In this document: in pieces, positions 39,696-49,205 of the stretch
How the letters are laid out: each line of letters begins with the position of its first letter
Position numbering within the stretch: the first letter of the stretch is position 1
Source of the DNA: Vulcanimicrobiota bacterium
GTDB lineage: Bacteria > Vulcanimicrobiota > Vulcanimicrobiia > Vulcanimicrobiales > Vulcanimicrobiaceae
Assembly (NCBI GenBank): GCA_963723515.1
Contig: CAVRQT010000002.1
Span: forward strand, 704,001 to 768,000
Length of the DNA: 64,000 bases
Reading direction: 5' to 3'
Position numbers and translations under genes: made by a program
Notes under the pieces: generated by a model
Databases searched by the model: none
What the model was told of the DNA's origin: nothing
The model's input: the letters and a program-made list of their open reading frames with translations, nothing else

Positions 39696-40403
39696 GTGAG
39701 CCGCCCGCTCGTGCTTGAAAGGCCGCAAAGGTTGCAGGGCGTCGTTGCGATTCCCGTGCGCACGCGGGTCGTTCAGCCGGGCGATGATTTCTTGACGACC
39801 GTTGCGGATGCGGTACGTGGAATCGCTGTAGCGGGCGACGTCGTGGCCGTCTCTGAAACTGCGCTCGCCATCGCGCAAGGCCAGACGCTGCCGGCGCAGG
39901 CGGTGCGTCCATCGAACCTCGCGCACTTCATCTGCCGCTACGCCGCACCGCTGGCGACGGTGAATCAGCCGGAGTCGCTGCAAATCGTCATCGATCGCGT
40001 TGGGGCGCCCAAAGTCGTTTTGGCATGCGTCGCGCAAGTGCTGGGCCGGCTCGTTGGGCAGCGCGGACTTTTCTATCGCGTTATGGGACCCGCGCTTACC
40101 GCCATCGACGGATATACCGGCACGATGCCGCCGTTCGACCGCGTGATCGTCTTTGAACCCCACGAGCCCGATGCATTTGCGCAATCGTTTTTCGAACGTA
40201 CCGGCATCGACTGCGCGATCGCCGACGCAAACGACCTCACACCGGCAAAGCTCTTGGGTGCTTCGCGCGATGTAGCGCGCGAGGTTGTCGCTCGTGCACT
40301 CGATGAAAATCCACACGGTAATTCGGACGAGCAAACGCCGATTGTCGTACTGAAGTGGCGGGGCGAGGGAGCCAGTCCGCTACGCGTGAGCGAGACGGCG
40401 TGA
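39696..40403 (+). CDS. CofE-like (coenzyme F420-0:L-glutamate ligase family) protein
   Basis: PVRTRVVQPGDD, DVVAVSETALAIAQG, IDG, ADANDL, NPHGNSDEQTPIVVL resemble the F420-ligase family; abuts murF and overlaps mraY. Confidence 0.75.
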   Translation: MSRPLVLERPQRLQGVVAIPVRTRVVQPGDDFLTTVADAVRGIAVAGDVVAVSETALAIAQGQTLPAQAVRPSNLAHFICRYAAPLATVNQPESLQIVIDRVGAPKVVLACVAQVLGRLVGQRGLFYRVMGPALTAIDGYTGTMPPFDRVIVFEPHEPDAFAQSFFERTGIDCAIADANDLTPAKLLGASRDVAREVVARALDENPHGNSDEQTPIVVLKWRGEGASPLRVSETA

Positions 40404-41377
40404 GCTGGTCGAGCATACTGTTGGCCGTTGCGTTCGGCTTTGCGATCACATTGGCGGCAGGTGCGCTGCTGTTGCGTTTGCTGCCTCGGTTCCAACTGCG
40501 ACAGACTGCGTATGAAGATGCGCCGCGAACGCATCAAAGCAAGACTGGGACGCCGACGATGGGCGGCCTTGCAATTCTCGCGGCGATGATCCCGCCGTTG
40601 ATTCTGTTCGCGTCGAGTGATCGTCTCGGCGAGGCGCTCGTATTGCTCGTCTTCGCTTGCGCCGCAATCGGCTGTCTCGATGATTATCTCGGGACGCGTA
40701 AAGGAAAGGCGCGCGGCCTTCGCGCGCGCACGAAGTACCTTGCTACGGCACTTGCGGCGGTCATTTTCTTACGGTACGTTTCGGCCGTGCTGCCTCACAC
40801 CGGCAGCGCCTATCCGCTCTTTTCAGCGGGCACGCTGACCCTGAACGCACCGCTTTGGTTGTGGCTCACGCTTGGCACGCTCGCCATCACGGGCACGATT
40901 CACGCCGTTAACCTGACGGATGGGCTCGATGGTTTAGCGGCGGGCGCGATCGTCGCGCCGCTCGCTGCAACGTTCGCGATTGCGGTTTCTTTCCACGAGT
41001 TCACCGCAACGGGCTGGCCGCTCTTGCTGTTGCTTGCCATCGGCGCCTGTCTCGGATTCCTCGTATATAACTACCATCCGGCCAAGATGTTCATGGGCGA
41101 CACGGGGTCGCTAGCGCTCGGTGCGCTGCTCGCCGGGGCTGCGATCTTGAGCGGCGAGATGCTCATGCTGATCCTTATCGGCGGCGTCTTCGTCGCTGAA
41201 GCGCTTTCGGTCATCCTGCAAGTGGCGTATTTCAAGTTGACGCACCGCCGAATCTTTCGGATGAGCCCGCTTCATCATCACTTTGAGCTTGGCGGATTGA
41301 ACGAACCAATCGTCACGCTTCGCTTTTGGACAGCCTCGATCGTCTGCTCACTTGTCGGATGGGCAGTCGTTCGATGA
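40400..41377 (+). CDS. mraY: phospho-N-acetylmuramoyl-pentapeptide transferase
   Basis: KTGTPTMGG, DDY, VNLTDGLDGL, FMGDTGS, PLHHHFE. Confidence 0.97.
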   Translation: MSWSSILLAVAFGFAITLAAGALLLRLLPRFQLRQTAYEDAPRTHQSKTGTPTMGGLAILAAMIPPLILFASSDRLGEALVLLVFACAAIGCLDDYLGTRKGKARGLRARTKYLATALAAVIFLRYVSAVLPHTGSAYPLFSAGTLTLNAPLWLWLTLGTLAITGTIHAVNLTDGLDGLAAGAIVAPLAATFAIAVSFHEFTATGWPLLLLLAIGACLGFLVYNYHPAKMFMGDTGSLALGALLAGAAILSGEMLMLILIGGVFVAEALSVILQVAYFKLTHRRIFRMSPLHHHFELGGLNEPIVTLRFWTASIVCSLVGWAVVR

Positions 41378-42741
41378 ACGCCGTGTTGGTGATTGGAGCG
41401 GGCCGCACGGGACAGGCCTGCGCGGAAATTTTGGGTGCTCGCGGCGTGCGCGTCTTCGTGACCGATGAAGAAGCCCCGAAAAAATTGGAGCGCGCAATCG
41501 CCACAATTCGCTCCGCGGGCGCCGAATTTGTTCCAGCCCAACAGGTTCAGGCGTTGCTGCCGGAGGTCCACCGTGCGGTTCTCTCACCGGGCGTTCCGCT
41601 GCAGGGTGCGTTCGCGCAACGTATCGCTGCCAGCGTGCCTGTTGTAAGCGAAATCGAACTCGCGTACGAGTTGTCCAAGGCGCCGATCATCGCCGTGACG
41701 GGAACGAAGGGAAAATCGACCACGACGGCGCTGATTGCGCACCTTTTGCGGTGCGCCGGCAATTCGGTTCGCGTCGGCGGCAACATCGGGAATCCGCTCG
41801 TGCGCGAAGCCTCCGCTGCGACGAGCGGCGACTGGCTCGTTGCTGAAGTTTCCTCGTTCCAATTGGAGACGATCCGAGCGTTCAAGCCTCGCATCGCCGT
41901 CCTGCTGAACATTTCCGACGATCACTTGGACCGCTATCCGTCGCTTGAAGACTACGCACGCGCGAAATATCGGGTCTTTGAGAACCAAGACGCGGACGAC
42001 GTCTTCGTCGGGAATCGTGATGATACGCGCGCTGCCGGCGCAGCGCAAACCATTCGGGCGAAACAACTCTGGTTCACGATGCGAAGCCCGGCTTCCGATG
42101 CCGCTGCCTTCGTGCGAGATCAGGCGCTGTGGTATCGGCCCCTAAAGGCGCCGCCGGAACGCATAATCGACCGCTCGGACATCGCATTGCCAGGCGAGCA
42201 CAATCTGCAAAATGTCTTAGCGGCAATGCTGGTGGCGGTTGCTTCAGGTGCTACTCCGCAATCCATCCGGGAAAGCATACCGTCGTTCGAACCGATGGAG
42301 CACCGCCTCGAAACGATCGGTGAAATCGGCGGCGTGCGGTACGTTGACGACTCCAAAGCGACAAACCCCGCCGCTGTTATCGCGGCGCTTAGCGCGTTCA
42401 AATCTCCCATCGTGTTGATTGCTGGAGGCAAATCGAAAGGCGCGGATCTTTCGGAGCTTGGCCAGATGATCCGCAAGCGCGTCAAGGCGCTCATTCTGCT
42501 TGGCGAATCCGCCGATACGCTGGCGCGGGCGAGCAGCCCGACGCCGTCGACATGCGCTTCGACGATCGAAGAAGCTGTTCAGCTCGCGCGTGAGCGTGCA
42601 GTCGCCGATGACGTCGTGTTGCTTTCACCTGCTGCGGCTTCATTTGACATGTTCGCTTCCGCTGAAGAGCGCGGCGATCGCTTCGCCGCGGCGGTCCGTA
42701 ATCTCGAACGTGAAGGCATGCGGGAAACGGCCGATGCGTAG
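41374..42741 (+). CDS. murD: UDP-MurNAc-L-Ala--D-Glu ligase
   Basis: SPGVP, TGTKGKSTTT, EVSSFQLE, DHLDRY, DDSKATN, LLSPAAASFD. Confidence 0.96.
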   Translation: MNAVLVIGAGRTGQACAEILGARGVRVFVTDEEAPKKLERAIATIRSAGAEFVPAQQVQALLPEVHRAVLSPGVPLQGAFAQRIAASVPVVSEIELAYELSKAPIIAVTGTKGKSTTTALIAHLLRCAGNSVRVGGNIGNPLVREASAATSGDWLVAEVSSFQLETIRAFKPRIAVLLNISDDHLDRYPSLEDYARAKYRVFENQDADDVFVGNRDDTRAAGAAQTIRAKQLWFTMRSPASDAAAFVRDQALWYRPLKAPPERIIDRSDIALPGEHNLQNVLAAMLVAVASGATPQSIRESIPSFEPMEHRLETIGEIGGVRYVDDSKATNPAAVIAALSAFKSPIVLIAGGKSKGADLSELGQMIRKRVKALILLGESADTLARASSPTPSTCASTIEEAVQLARERAVADDVVLLSPAAASFDMFASAEERGDRFAAAVRNLEREGMRETADA

Positions 42742-43888
42742 CGCCGCGGCGCTCGAAGATCGGCGCTCGCCGGCGATCCGTTCCTTCATTACTGCGCCCC
42801 CTGACGCGGTGTTGATCTCATCGATCGCGATCTTGGTCGGCATCGGACTCGTGATGATCTTCAGCGCTTCAAGCGCGCTCGCGTTCGCCGTTCATCATGA
42901 CGCGACGTACTACCTCAAACGCCAGGCTCTCTGGCTCGCAGTCGCGCTCGCTTTGGCATATGCGGCTTACCGTCTCGACTACAACAAACTGAAGGCAGTC
43001 TCGCCGTTGCTCTTCATTTTGAGCGTCATCAGTTTGCTCGCCGTGCTCGTTCCGCATGTCGGCATCGTTGTCAATACGTCACGGCGCTGGCTGGGTGCCG
43101 GCTCGCTTGCGGTGCAGCCTTCTGAATTTGCGAAGCTTGCGCTCGTACTGTTCTTGGCGGCGAAACTGAGCTCGCGCGGCGAGCGCATTACGTCGCTCGT
43201 GCGCGGTGTCGGGCCGCTTTGCATCGCCATCGCGATTGTCGTCATGCTGGTGCTCAAAGAGCCGGATATGGGAACGGCCAGCTTGCTCGCAATCGTCGCG
43301 TTCACGATGCTCTTTGCCGCCGGCGCGCGGATCGATCATCTGATCCTGATTTTGGTCTCGACGGTGCCCATCGTCGCCCTGGAACTACTGGCCGATCCAT
43401 ACAAGCGTGCGCGCGCGCTTGCGTTCTTGAATCCGTGGAAGGATCCGCAGAATACCGGCTTCCACATCGTGCAGTCACTGCTTGCGCTCGGCAGCGGCGG
43501 CATCTTCGGCGTGGGTCTAGGCGCTTCGCGCGCCAAGTTTTTCTATTTGCCCGAGCAGTACACGGATTTCATTTACGCCGTTCTGGGCGAGGAGCTGGGG
43601 TTGATCGGCGCCGTCGGTGTCATTCTGCTCTTCATCATCTTCGCGCATCGCGCAATTCGGATTGCACTCAGTGCTCCCGATCGCTTCGGATTCTTTCTCA
43701 CGATCGGCTGCACCGCGTTGATCGTTTTCCAAGCGCTGCTCAACATTGGAGTCGTTACATCGTCATGGCCCGTCACCGGAGTTCCGTTGCCGTTCATCTC
43801 GTTCGGCGGCAGTTCGCTGGTGGTGTGTCTCGTCGCGGTCGCGCTCATTCTGAACGTCGGACGAGCGCGCCGCGTCGGCGCGCGGTGA
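42734..43888 (+). CDS. ftsW: SEDS family peptidoglycan polymerase FtsW
   Basis: QPSEFAK, EPDMGT, LPEQYTDFI, GEELG, TGVPLPFISFGGSS. Confidence 0.95.
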   Translation: MRSAAALEDRRSPAIRSFITAPPDAVLISSIAILVGIGLVMIFSASSALAFAVHHDATYYLKRQALWLAVALALAYAAYRLDYNKLKAVSPLLFILSVISLLAVLVPHVGIVVNTSRRWLGAGSLAVQPSEFAKLALVLFLAAKLSSRGERITSLVRGVGPLCIAIAIVVMLVLKEPDMGTASLLAIVAFTMLFAAGARIDHLILILVSTVPIVALELLADPYKRARALAFLNPWKDPQNTGFHIVQSLLALGSGGIFGVGLGASRAKFFYLPEQYTDFIYAVLGEELGLIGAVGVILLFIIFAHRAIRIALSAPDRFGFFLTIGCTALIVFQALLNIGVVTSSWPVTGVPLPFISFGGSSLVVCLVAVALILNVGRARRVGAR

Positions 43889-45006
43889 GGGTGACGTTTG
43901 CCGGCGGCGGTACGGGCGGACACCTCTATCCGGCAATCGCGATCGCCGACGCCCTCGCGGAAAAAGGAAAGTTACGCGCGCAGCCGGTTGACATAGGATT
44001 TTTCGGCGCCCGAGATCGTCTTGAAGCGCAAATCGTGCCGGCGGCCGGCTACAAATTGCACTTCGTGCCCTCATCACCGCTTGGAAAGCGTAGACCGCTC
44101 GATTTTGTATCCGCAGCGTTGCTCAATGGCGCCGGCACTTTCGCAGCGATTGCACTATTGCTCAAAGAGCGGCCGGTTCTCGTGGTTGCGACCGGAGGAT
44201 ACGTTTGCTTCCCGGTTGTGATGGCGGCGCGTCTCTTACGCACGTTGCGACTGCTTGCAAGCCCCATCGTTCTTTTGGAAATCAACGTGCGGCCGGGTCT
44301 CACGAATCGCACGCTGGCGCCGGCCGTCGATGAAGTTTGGGGCGCCTTCGACGATGAGCCACGCGAATTTGCCGGCCGATATCATGTGACCGGTGTGCCG
44401 GTGCGCGCGTCATTGCGGCAGTTGCCGCAGCGCGACTCGGCAGCACGACGTCTCGGTTTGGATCCGCTGAAGCGTACGTTGCTTGTCATGGGCGGCAGTC
44501 AAGGTGCGCGCTCGATCAATGACGCGCTGTTGGGGTTGCTCGCAAGTGAAGGCGTGCCGAGTGGATGGCAGGTGCTGCACCTTACGGGTGAAGCCGACTT
44601 TCGGCGCGTCGCAACCGCGTATCAAACACTTTCCGTAGCCGCAAAGACGATTGCGTTCCTAGCGGATCCGGCAGATGCGTATGCGTGCGCGGACCTCGTG
44701 CTAGCGCGCGCGGGGGCGGCGACGCTTGCCGAACTCGCAGCCGTAGGCTTGCCCGCGATCCTCGTTCCCTATCCGCACGCGAGCGAGGATCACCAGCGGA
44801 TCAATGCGCGACGCTTTGAGTCCGCAGGAGCGGCGAAAATCATCGAAGACCGTGCTTTGGATGGCGGCACGTTGCATCAAACCTTGACGAGCGTTCTCGA
44901 TCCGACGAGCTTGGAGCGGATGGCGCAAGCGGCCAGGCGGCTGAGCAAGCCCGACGCGTTAGATGCGATACTGGGTCGCGTTCACGAACTCACGGGTGCG
45001 CTTTGA
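43885..45006 (+). CDS. murG: lipid II GlcNAc transferase
   Basis: GGGTGGHLYP, TGGYV, GGSQGA, RAGA.T.AE, HQ..NA. Confidence 0.96.
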   Translation: MRVTFAGGGTGGHLYPAIAIADALAEKGKLRAQPVDIGFFGARDRLEAQIVPAAGYKLHFVPSSPLGKRRPLDFVSAALLNGAGTFAAIALLLKERPVLVVATGGYVCFPVVMAARLLRTLRLLASPIVLLEINVRPGLTNRTLAPAVDEVWGAFDDEPREFAGRYHVTGVPVRASLRQLPQRDSAARRLGLDPLKRTLLVMGGSQGARSINDALLGLLASEGVPSGWQVLHLTGEADFRRVATAYQTLSVAAKTIAFLADPADAYACADLVLARAGAATLAELAAVGLPAILVPYPHASEDHQRINARRFESAGAAKIIEDRALDGGTLHQTLTSVLDPTSLERMAQAARRLSKPDALDAILGRVHELTGAL

Positions 45007-45028
45007 AGGCAGTCCGAAGAAGGCGCGC

Positions 45029-46408
45029 GTGAAAGGGGCGCTTCACTTCGTCGGAATCGGTGGTATCGGTATGAGCGCTATCGCGCGTATTCTGATGACG
45101 CGCGGCGACCGCATCAGCGGCTCCGATCTCCACGAGAGCCATCTCACGGAGCAATTACGTGGCGATGGCGCACACATCACGATCGGACACCGTGCGCGAA
45201 ACGTTGACGGGGCGCGCGCCGTCGTCATTAGTTCCGCGATTGGGCCGACGAATTGCGAATTTGTTGCCGCGAGCGAACGCGGGCTTGCGATCTACCGGCG
45301 TGGCGAAATGCTGGCACAACTGATGCGCGGTCGCCGCGGCATCGCAGTCGCGGGAACGCATGGCAAAACGACGACCACGGCGATGATTGCGTCGATCCTG
45401 AGCGGCGCGGGCCTCGATCCAACGGTGCTCATCGGTGGTGAAGCGATCGAGTGGGGCAGCAATGCACGCGATGGAAGCGGCGATTGGTTTCTTACGGAAG
45501 CCGATGAGTCGGACGGCTCGTTCATGGAGCTCGTTCCGGAAGTTGCGCTCGTCACAAATATTGAGAACGACCACATCGCCAGCGATGAAGAGCTGCCGCG
45601 CCTGCGCAGCGCTTTCGCCGGCTTCCTGCGTCGTTTGCCGGCGAACGGCGTGGCCGTTATCGGTGTCGATAATCCGGAAAGCGCGGCGCTCGCACGGTTG
45701 TCTCGCGTGGCACGAACGTTGACGTTCGGTTTATCGGAGCGCGCCGACATCCATGCGAAGAACGTGCGATACGAGCGCTTCGGATCGGCCTTCGATGCCG
45801 TGGCGGGCAAGAAGCGGATCGGCAGCGTGCAGTTGCGCGTTCCGGGAGAGATCAACATCTTGAACGCTCTGGGTGCGATCGCGATCGCGCAAACGCTCGA
45901 TGTTCCCATCTCCAAGACTGCCGCCGCGCTTTCTCGTTTTTCCGGCGTGCGCCGGCGTTTCGAGGTTCTCGCGCGCACGCCAAAGCTCACCATTGTCGAT
46001 GACTACGCGCACCACCCTACGGAGGTCAAGGCGACGATCGCGGCGGCACGCGCCTACCACCACGGGGAGCTGATCGTCGCATTCCAGCCGCATCGTTATA
46101 CGCGCACCGCGTACCTAGCGCATGATTTTGCGGATGCGCTCCGTGGAGCGCAGGCCGTTTTTCTCGTGCCGGTTTATGCCGCTTCCGAAATGCCGATTGA
46201 CGGGGTGAGCGAACGGTCGATCGGCGAACCGCTGCGGGCCGACGGCGCCGAAGTGCATTACGTTTTGGATCTCGACCAACTTCCACAGCGCATTTTAGAG
46301 CGTGCGTCACCCGGTTCGCTGGTGTTGATGCTTGGCGCGGGTGATATCACCGAGTATGCTGCAATGCTTGCCGGGCAGCTTCAAGAACGCACGCCGGTCA
46401 TCGCGTAG
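45029..46408 (+). CDS. murC: UDP-MurNAc--L-alanine ligase
   Basis: HFVGIGGIGMS, GTHGKTTTT, EADESDGSF, DDYAHHPTE, FQPHRYTR. Confidence 0.97.
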   Translation: MKGALHFVGIGGIGMSAIARILMTRGDRISGSDLHESHLTEQLRGDGAHITIGHRARNVDGARAVVISSAIGPTNCEFVAASERGLAIYRRGEMLAQLMRGRRGIAVAGTHGKTTTTAMIASILSGAGLDPTVLIGGEAIEWGSNARDGSGDWFLTEADESDGSFMELVPEVALVTNIENDHIASDEELPRLRSAFAGFLRRLPANGVAVIGVDNPESAALARLSRVARTLTFGLSERADIHAKNVRYERFGSAFDAVAGKKRIGSVQLRVPGEINILNALGAIAIAQTLDVPISKTAAALSRFSGVRRRFEVLARTPKLTIVDDYAHHPTEVKATIAAARAYHHGELIVAFQPHRYTRTAYLAHDFADALRGAQAVFLVPVYAASEMPIDGVSERSIGEPLRADGAEVHYVLDLDQLPQRILERASPGSLVLMLGAGDITEYAAMLAGQLQERTPVIA

Positions 46409-47358
46409 TGGCGATCGTGATGCAGCGCAGCCTGCTCTCCGATCGCGATCGCTCAGAACTTCGTGCTGTTTGCGGTGATTTCGTACGCTTCGATGAGCCG
46501 CTTGCGCCATACACGTCGTGGAAGATCGGCGGCCCTGCCGACGCGTGGATTCTCTGCGAGAGTGAAGCGCAAGTTGCGGAGGTGATGCGTTTCTGTCTGC
46601 GCCGCCGTCTGCCGTGGTTTGTTTTAGGCAGCGGTTCGAATCTGTTGATCGGTGATGGTGGCATTCGTGGCCTCGCCTTGCGTCTGGCAGGCGATTTTCT
46701 CTCGATCGACGCCGCCGCAACAGACGATGAAGTGGTCGTTGAAGCCGGTGCATCGGCTACGATGGCATTAATGACGGCAAAAGCCGCCTCGCACGGCGCG
46801 ATCGGCATCGACTCGCTCGTCGGCATTCCCGGAACGGTCGGCGGATCGCTGCGAATGAACGCCGGCACCGATCGTGAGATCGGCGAATTCGTCCGCAACG
46901 TTTGGGTGCAGTCGGTCTCGAAGCCGGAGCCGAGCGGCGTCAGCGTGCAGTATTACTATCGCCACACGTCGCTCGCCCGGGACGCAATCGTTTCGCGCGT
47001 GACGCTCGCATTTGAGCGCGGCGATCCCAAAGTCGTGCGTGAACAAGCGCAACGCCGGCTCGTACGCCGCAAAGAGACGCAGCCGATCGCCTTACCCAAC
47101 GCCGGATCGTGTTTTCGCAACCCACCCGATGATAAAGCGGCGCGGCTCATTGAAGCCGTCGGTGCGAAAGGCTGGCGTGAAGGCAATGCAGAGGTCTCGC
47201 CGCTACACGCCAACTTCATCAACAATCTCGGGGGTGCGCGCGCAAGTGACGTCGCGTCACTTTTGACGCGCGTGCGCCGCGCGGTGCACGAGCGGTTCGG
47301 AGTCGAGCTTCAGCTCGAGGTGCACCTCGTCGGAGTTTTTACGGCCGAAGATGGCTAG
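46408..47358 (+). CDS. murB: UDP-N-acetylenolpyruvoylglucosamine reductase
   Basis: IGGPAD, LGSGSNLL, GIPGTVGG..MNAG, AGSCFRNP, HANF. Confidence 0.95.
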   Translation: MAIVMQRSLLSDRDRSELRAVCGDFVRFDEPLAPYTSWKIGGPADAWILCESEAQVAEVMRFCLRRRLPWFVLGSGSNLLIGDGGIRGLALRLAGDFLSIDAAATDDEVVVEAGASATMALMTAKAASHGAIGIDSLVGIPGTVGGSLRMNAGTDREIGEFVRNVWVQSVSKPEPSGVSVQYYYRHTSLARDAIVSRVTLAFERGDPKVVREQAQRRLVRRKETQPIALPNAGSCFRNPPDDKAARLIEAVGAKGWREGNAEVSPLHANFINNLGGARASDVASLLTRVRRAVHERFGVELQLEVHLVGVFTAEDG

Positions 47359-48292
47359 CCGTCCCAAAGTCGCCGTCGTCATGGGGGGACCGAGCTGGGA
47401 GCGCGAGATTTCAATCGCATCCGGTTCGGAAGTGATGCGCGCGTTGCAGAACCTCGGTTACGAAGCCAAATCGCTCGATTACGATGCGCGCTTCGTCGAT
47501 GCGATCCGTAAGCTGGCGCCCGATGTCGTCTTCAACGCGTTACATGGGCCCGGCGGCGAAGACGGCCAGATTCAGGCCGTGCTCGACTGGCTTGGGATCC
47601 CGTATACGGGCAGCGCGATGCAAGCCGCGGCGGTTTCGATCGACAAACATCTGACGAAAAAATTGCTTGCCGCCGAAGGTCTGCCAACGCCCGTTTGGGA
47701 TCTCTTCGATCTTTCCGGCGGCACATTGCCGCTCTTACCGGGCGCCCTCAATTTGCCGCTGGTGGTCAAGCCGCGCTATGAGGGTTCAAGCGCCGGCGTT
47801 TCAATCGTGCGTTCGCACGAGCAGTGGAGCGCCGCAATGATCGATACCGCAAAAGAATTCGCTCAGGTGATTGCTGAGGAATTTGTGGGCGGACGGGAGT
47901 TTTCGTGCGGTGTCTTGGGTGAGGAAGCTTTGCCGGTTGCCGAAATCATTCCGACCCAAGACGAATTTTACAATTTCAACGCCAAATACCGGCCCGGAGC
48001 AAGCCGCCACCTGATCCCGGCGCCGATTGACGACGATCTTGCCTCGCGTTTGCAGATGCTCGCGCTTTCCGTGCATCGCATGATTGGGCTGCGGGACTAC
48101 TCCCGAACCGATTTCATCGTGACCGATGAAGGGCGACCTTATATCCTCGAAACGAATGCGCTTCCCGGCTTCACGCCGACGAGCATCATCCCTGATGAAT
48201 GCCGCATGATCGGCATGTCGTTCGAAATGCTGGTCGAGCGATTGATCGAGTTCGCGATGCAGCGCACCGAAGCGCAAGCCGTCGCCGGCTAG
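47351..48292 (+). CDS. ddl: D-alanine--D-alanine ligase
   Basis: GGPSWEREIS, LHGPGGEDG, KP..EGSS.G, E.N.LPG.T. Confidence 0.95.
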   Translation: MASRPKVAVVMGGPSWEREISIASGSEVMRALQNLGYEAKSLDYDARFVDAIRKLAPDVVFNALHGPGGEDGQIQAVLDWLGIPYTGSAMQAAAVSIDKHLTKKLLAAEGLPTPVWDLFDLSGGTLPLLPGALNLPLVVKPRYEGSSAGVSIVRSHEQWSAAMIDTAKEFAQVIAEEFVGGREFSCGVLGEEALPVAEIIPTQDEFYNFNAKYRPGASRHLIPAPIDDDLASRLQMLALSVHRMIGLRDYSRTDFIVTDEGRPYILETNALPGFTPTSIIPDECRMIGMSFEMLVERLIEFAMQRTEAQAVAG

Positions 48293-48305
48293 CGACGTTA
48301 CGGCC

Positions 48306-48356
48306 CTGTCACCCTGAGCTCAGCCTGTCCTGAGCAACGTCGAAGGGTCGAAGGGC
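48306..48356 (+). repeat. nested REP-like palindrome, copy 1
   Basis: CTGTCACCCTGAGC-TCAG-CCTGTCCTGAGCAACGTCGAAGG-GTCGAAGGGC. Confidence 0.8.
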
Positions 48357-48579
48357 AACTGTAATCATGGCGTCGGGCCTCTATAAAATGCGATAAATGC
48401 GCCCAATAGCGAGAGCAGCATGCCGGCAGTCCACCATATGTGCTGCAAACAATATTTCGCTGGCACGCGAAGACCGCGATCCACGAAATAGTTTAAAGCC
48501 AACCACCGTCGATGCGGCACCGTCAAGTATAACGATGACGCCGACCATTATTTGAAGGAATACCTTCGAGATTACGATG

Positions 48580-48630
48580 GCGCTTCGACCCTTCGACGTT
48601 GCTCAGGACAGGCTGAGCTCAGCGTGACAG
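48580..48630 (-). repeat. nested REP-like palindrome, copy 2 (inverted relative to copy 1)
   Basis: Reverse complement matches copy 1 at 49/51; followed by a partial extra unit (AAGCTCAGGGCAGACA). Confidence 0.8.
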
Positions 48631-48658
48631 ACACAAGCTCAGGGCAGACATAGACAAC

Positions 48659-49090
48659 TCAGCGTCGCACGTTAGGAAACATCTCCGCGTCGTCTGCTTC
48701 TAACACATCCACAAGATAATGTAGCTCCGGCCTACGCTCGACGACCGGATAGCGTTTCGCGAAGGCCTCGCGATCGGCGACGTCATCGAGTGAGCGTTTC
48801 GTAATGTAAGACGTGAAGTCGGCGTAGGCGGAAGTGTTTGCATTCTGGCGCAGCCATGCGACGACGTCGTCCTCGGTTTCGGCTTTTGAGACGGCATCAC
48901 GAAGTTTGTCTTCCGTAACGCCGATCGCATCGAGCATTCGCTGGCTGAACCCTTGGATGCGATACGGTCCGAGATTGCCGCCGGGCAAGGTCGCGCGAAT
49001 TTTGTCGATCGTGCGCGGCAACATCGCGAGTCCGTCGAGTTGCAGTTTCGGGCTGCGTGGCGGTCCTTGCGAAAGATCTAACGGTTGCAT
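48659..49090 (-). CDS. DUF5069-like hypothetical protein
   Basis: DL...PPRSP...LDGLAMLPRTIDKIRA...G.LG.Y; ends LEADD. Confidence 0.75.
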   Translation of the reverse strand: MQPLDLSQGPPRSPKLQLDGLAMLPRTIDKIRATLPGGNLGPYRIQGFSQRMLDAIGVTEDKLRDAVSKAETEDDVVAWLRQNANTSAYADFTSYITKRSLDDVADREAFAKRYPVVERRPELHYLVDVLEADDAEMFPNVRR

Positions 49091-49205
49091 TCAGCGGCCC
49101 TTTCCCGAGAATTTCGGAGCGCAACAAGCGCTGAATACTAATGAAAGAACGACCCGGAGGCGGCCTGCATGGAAAACGCCTCTAAGCCGGAAAGGTGGCC
49201 TTCCC

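Noticed and set aside
43219..43884. Long 5' extensions or alternative-frame ORFs (murG, alr, citrate synthase, ftsW and many antisense ORFs)
   Set aside because: Expected stop-codon scarcity in GC-rich DNA; they overlap well-supported genes and lack protein-like motifs
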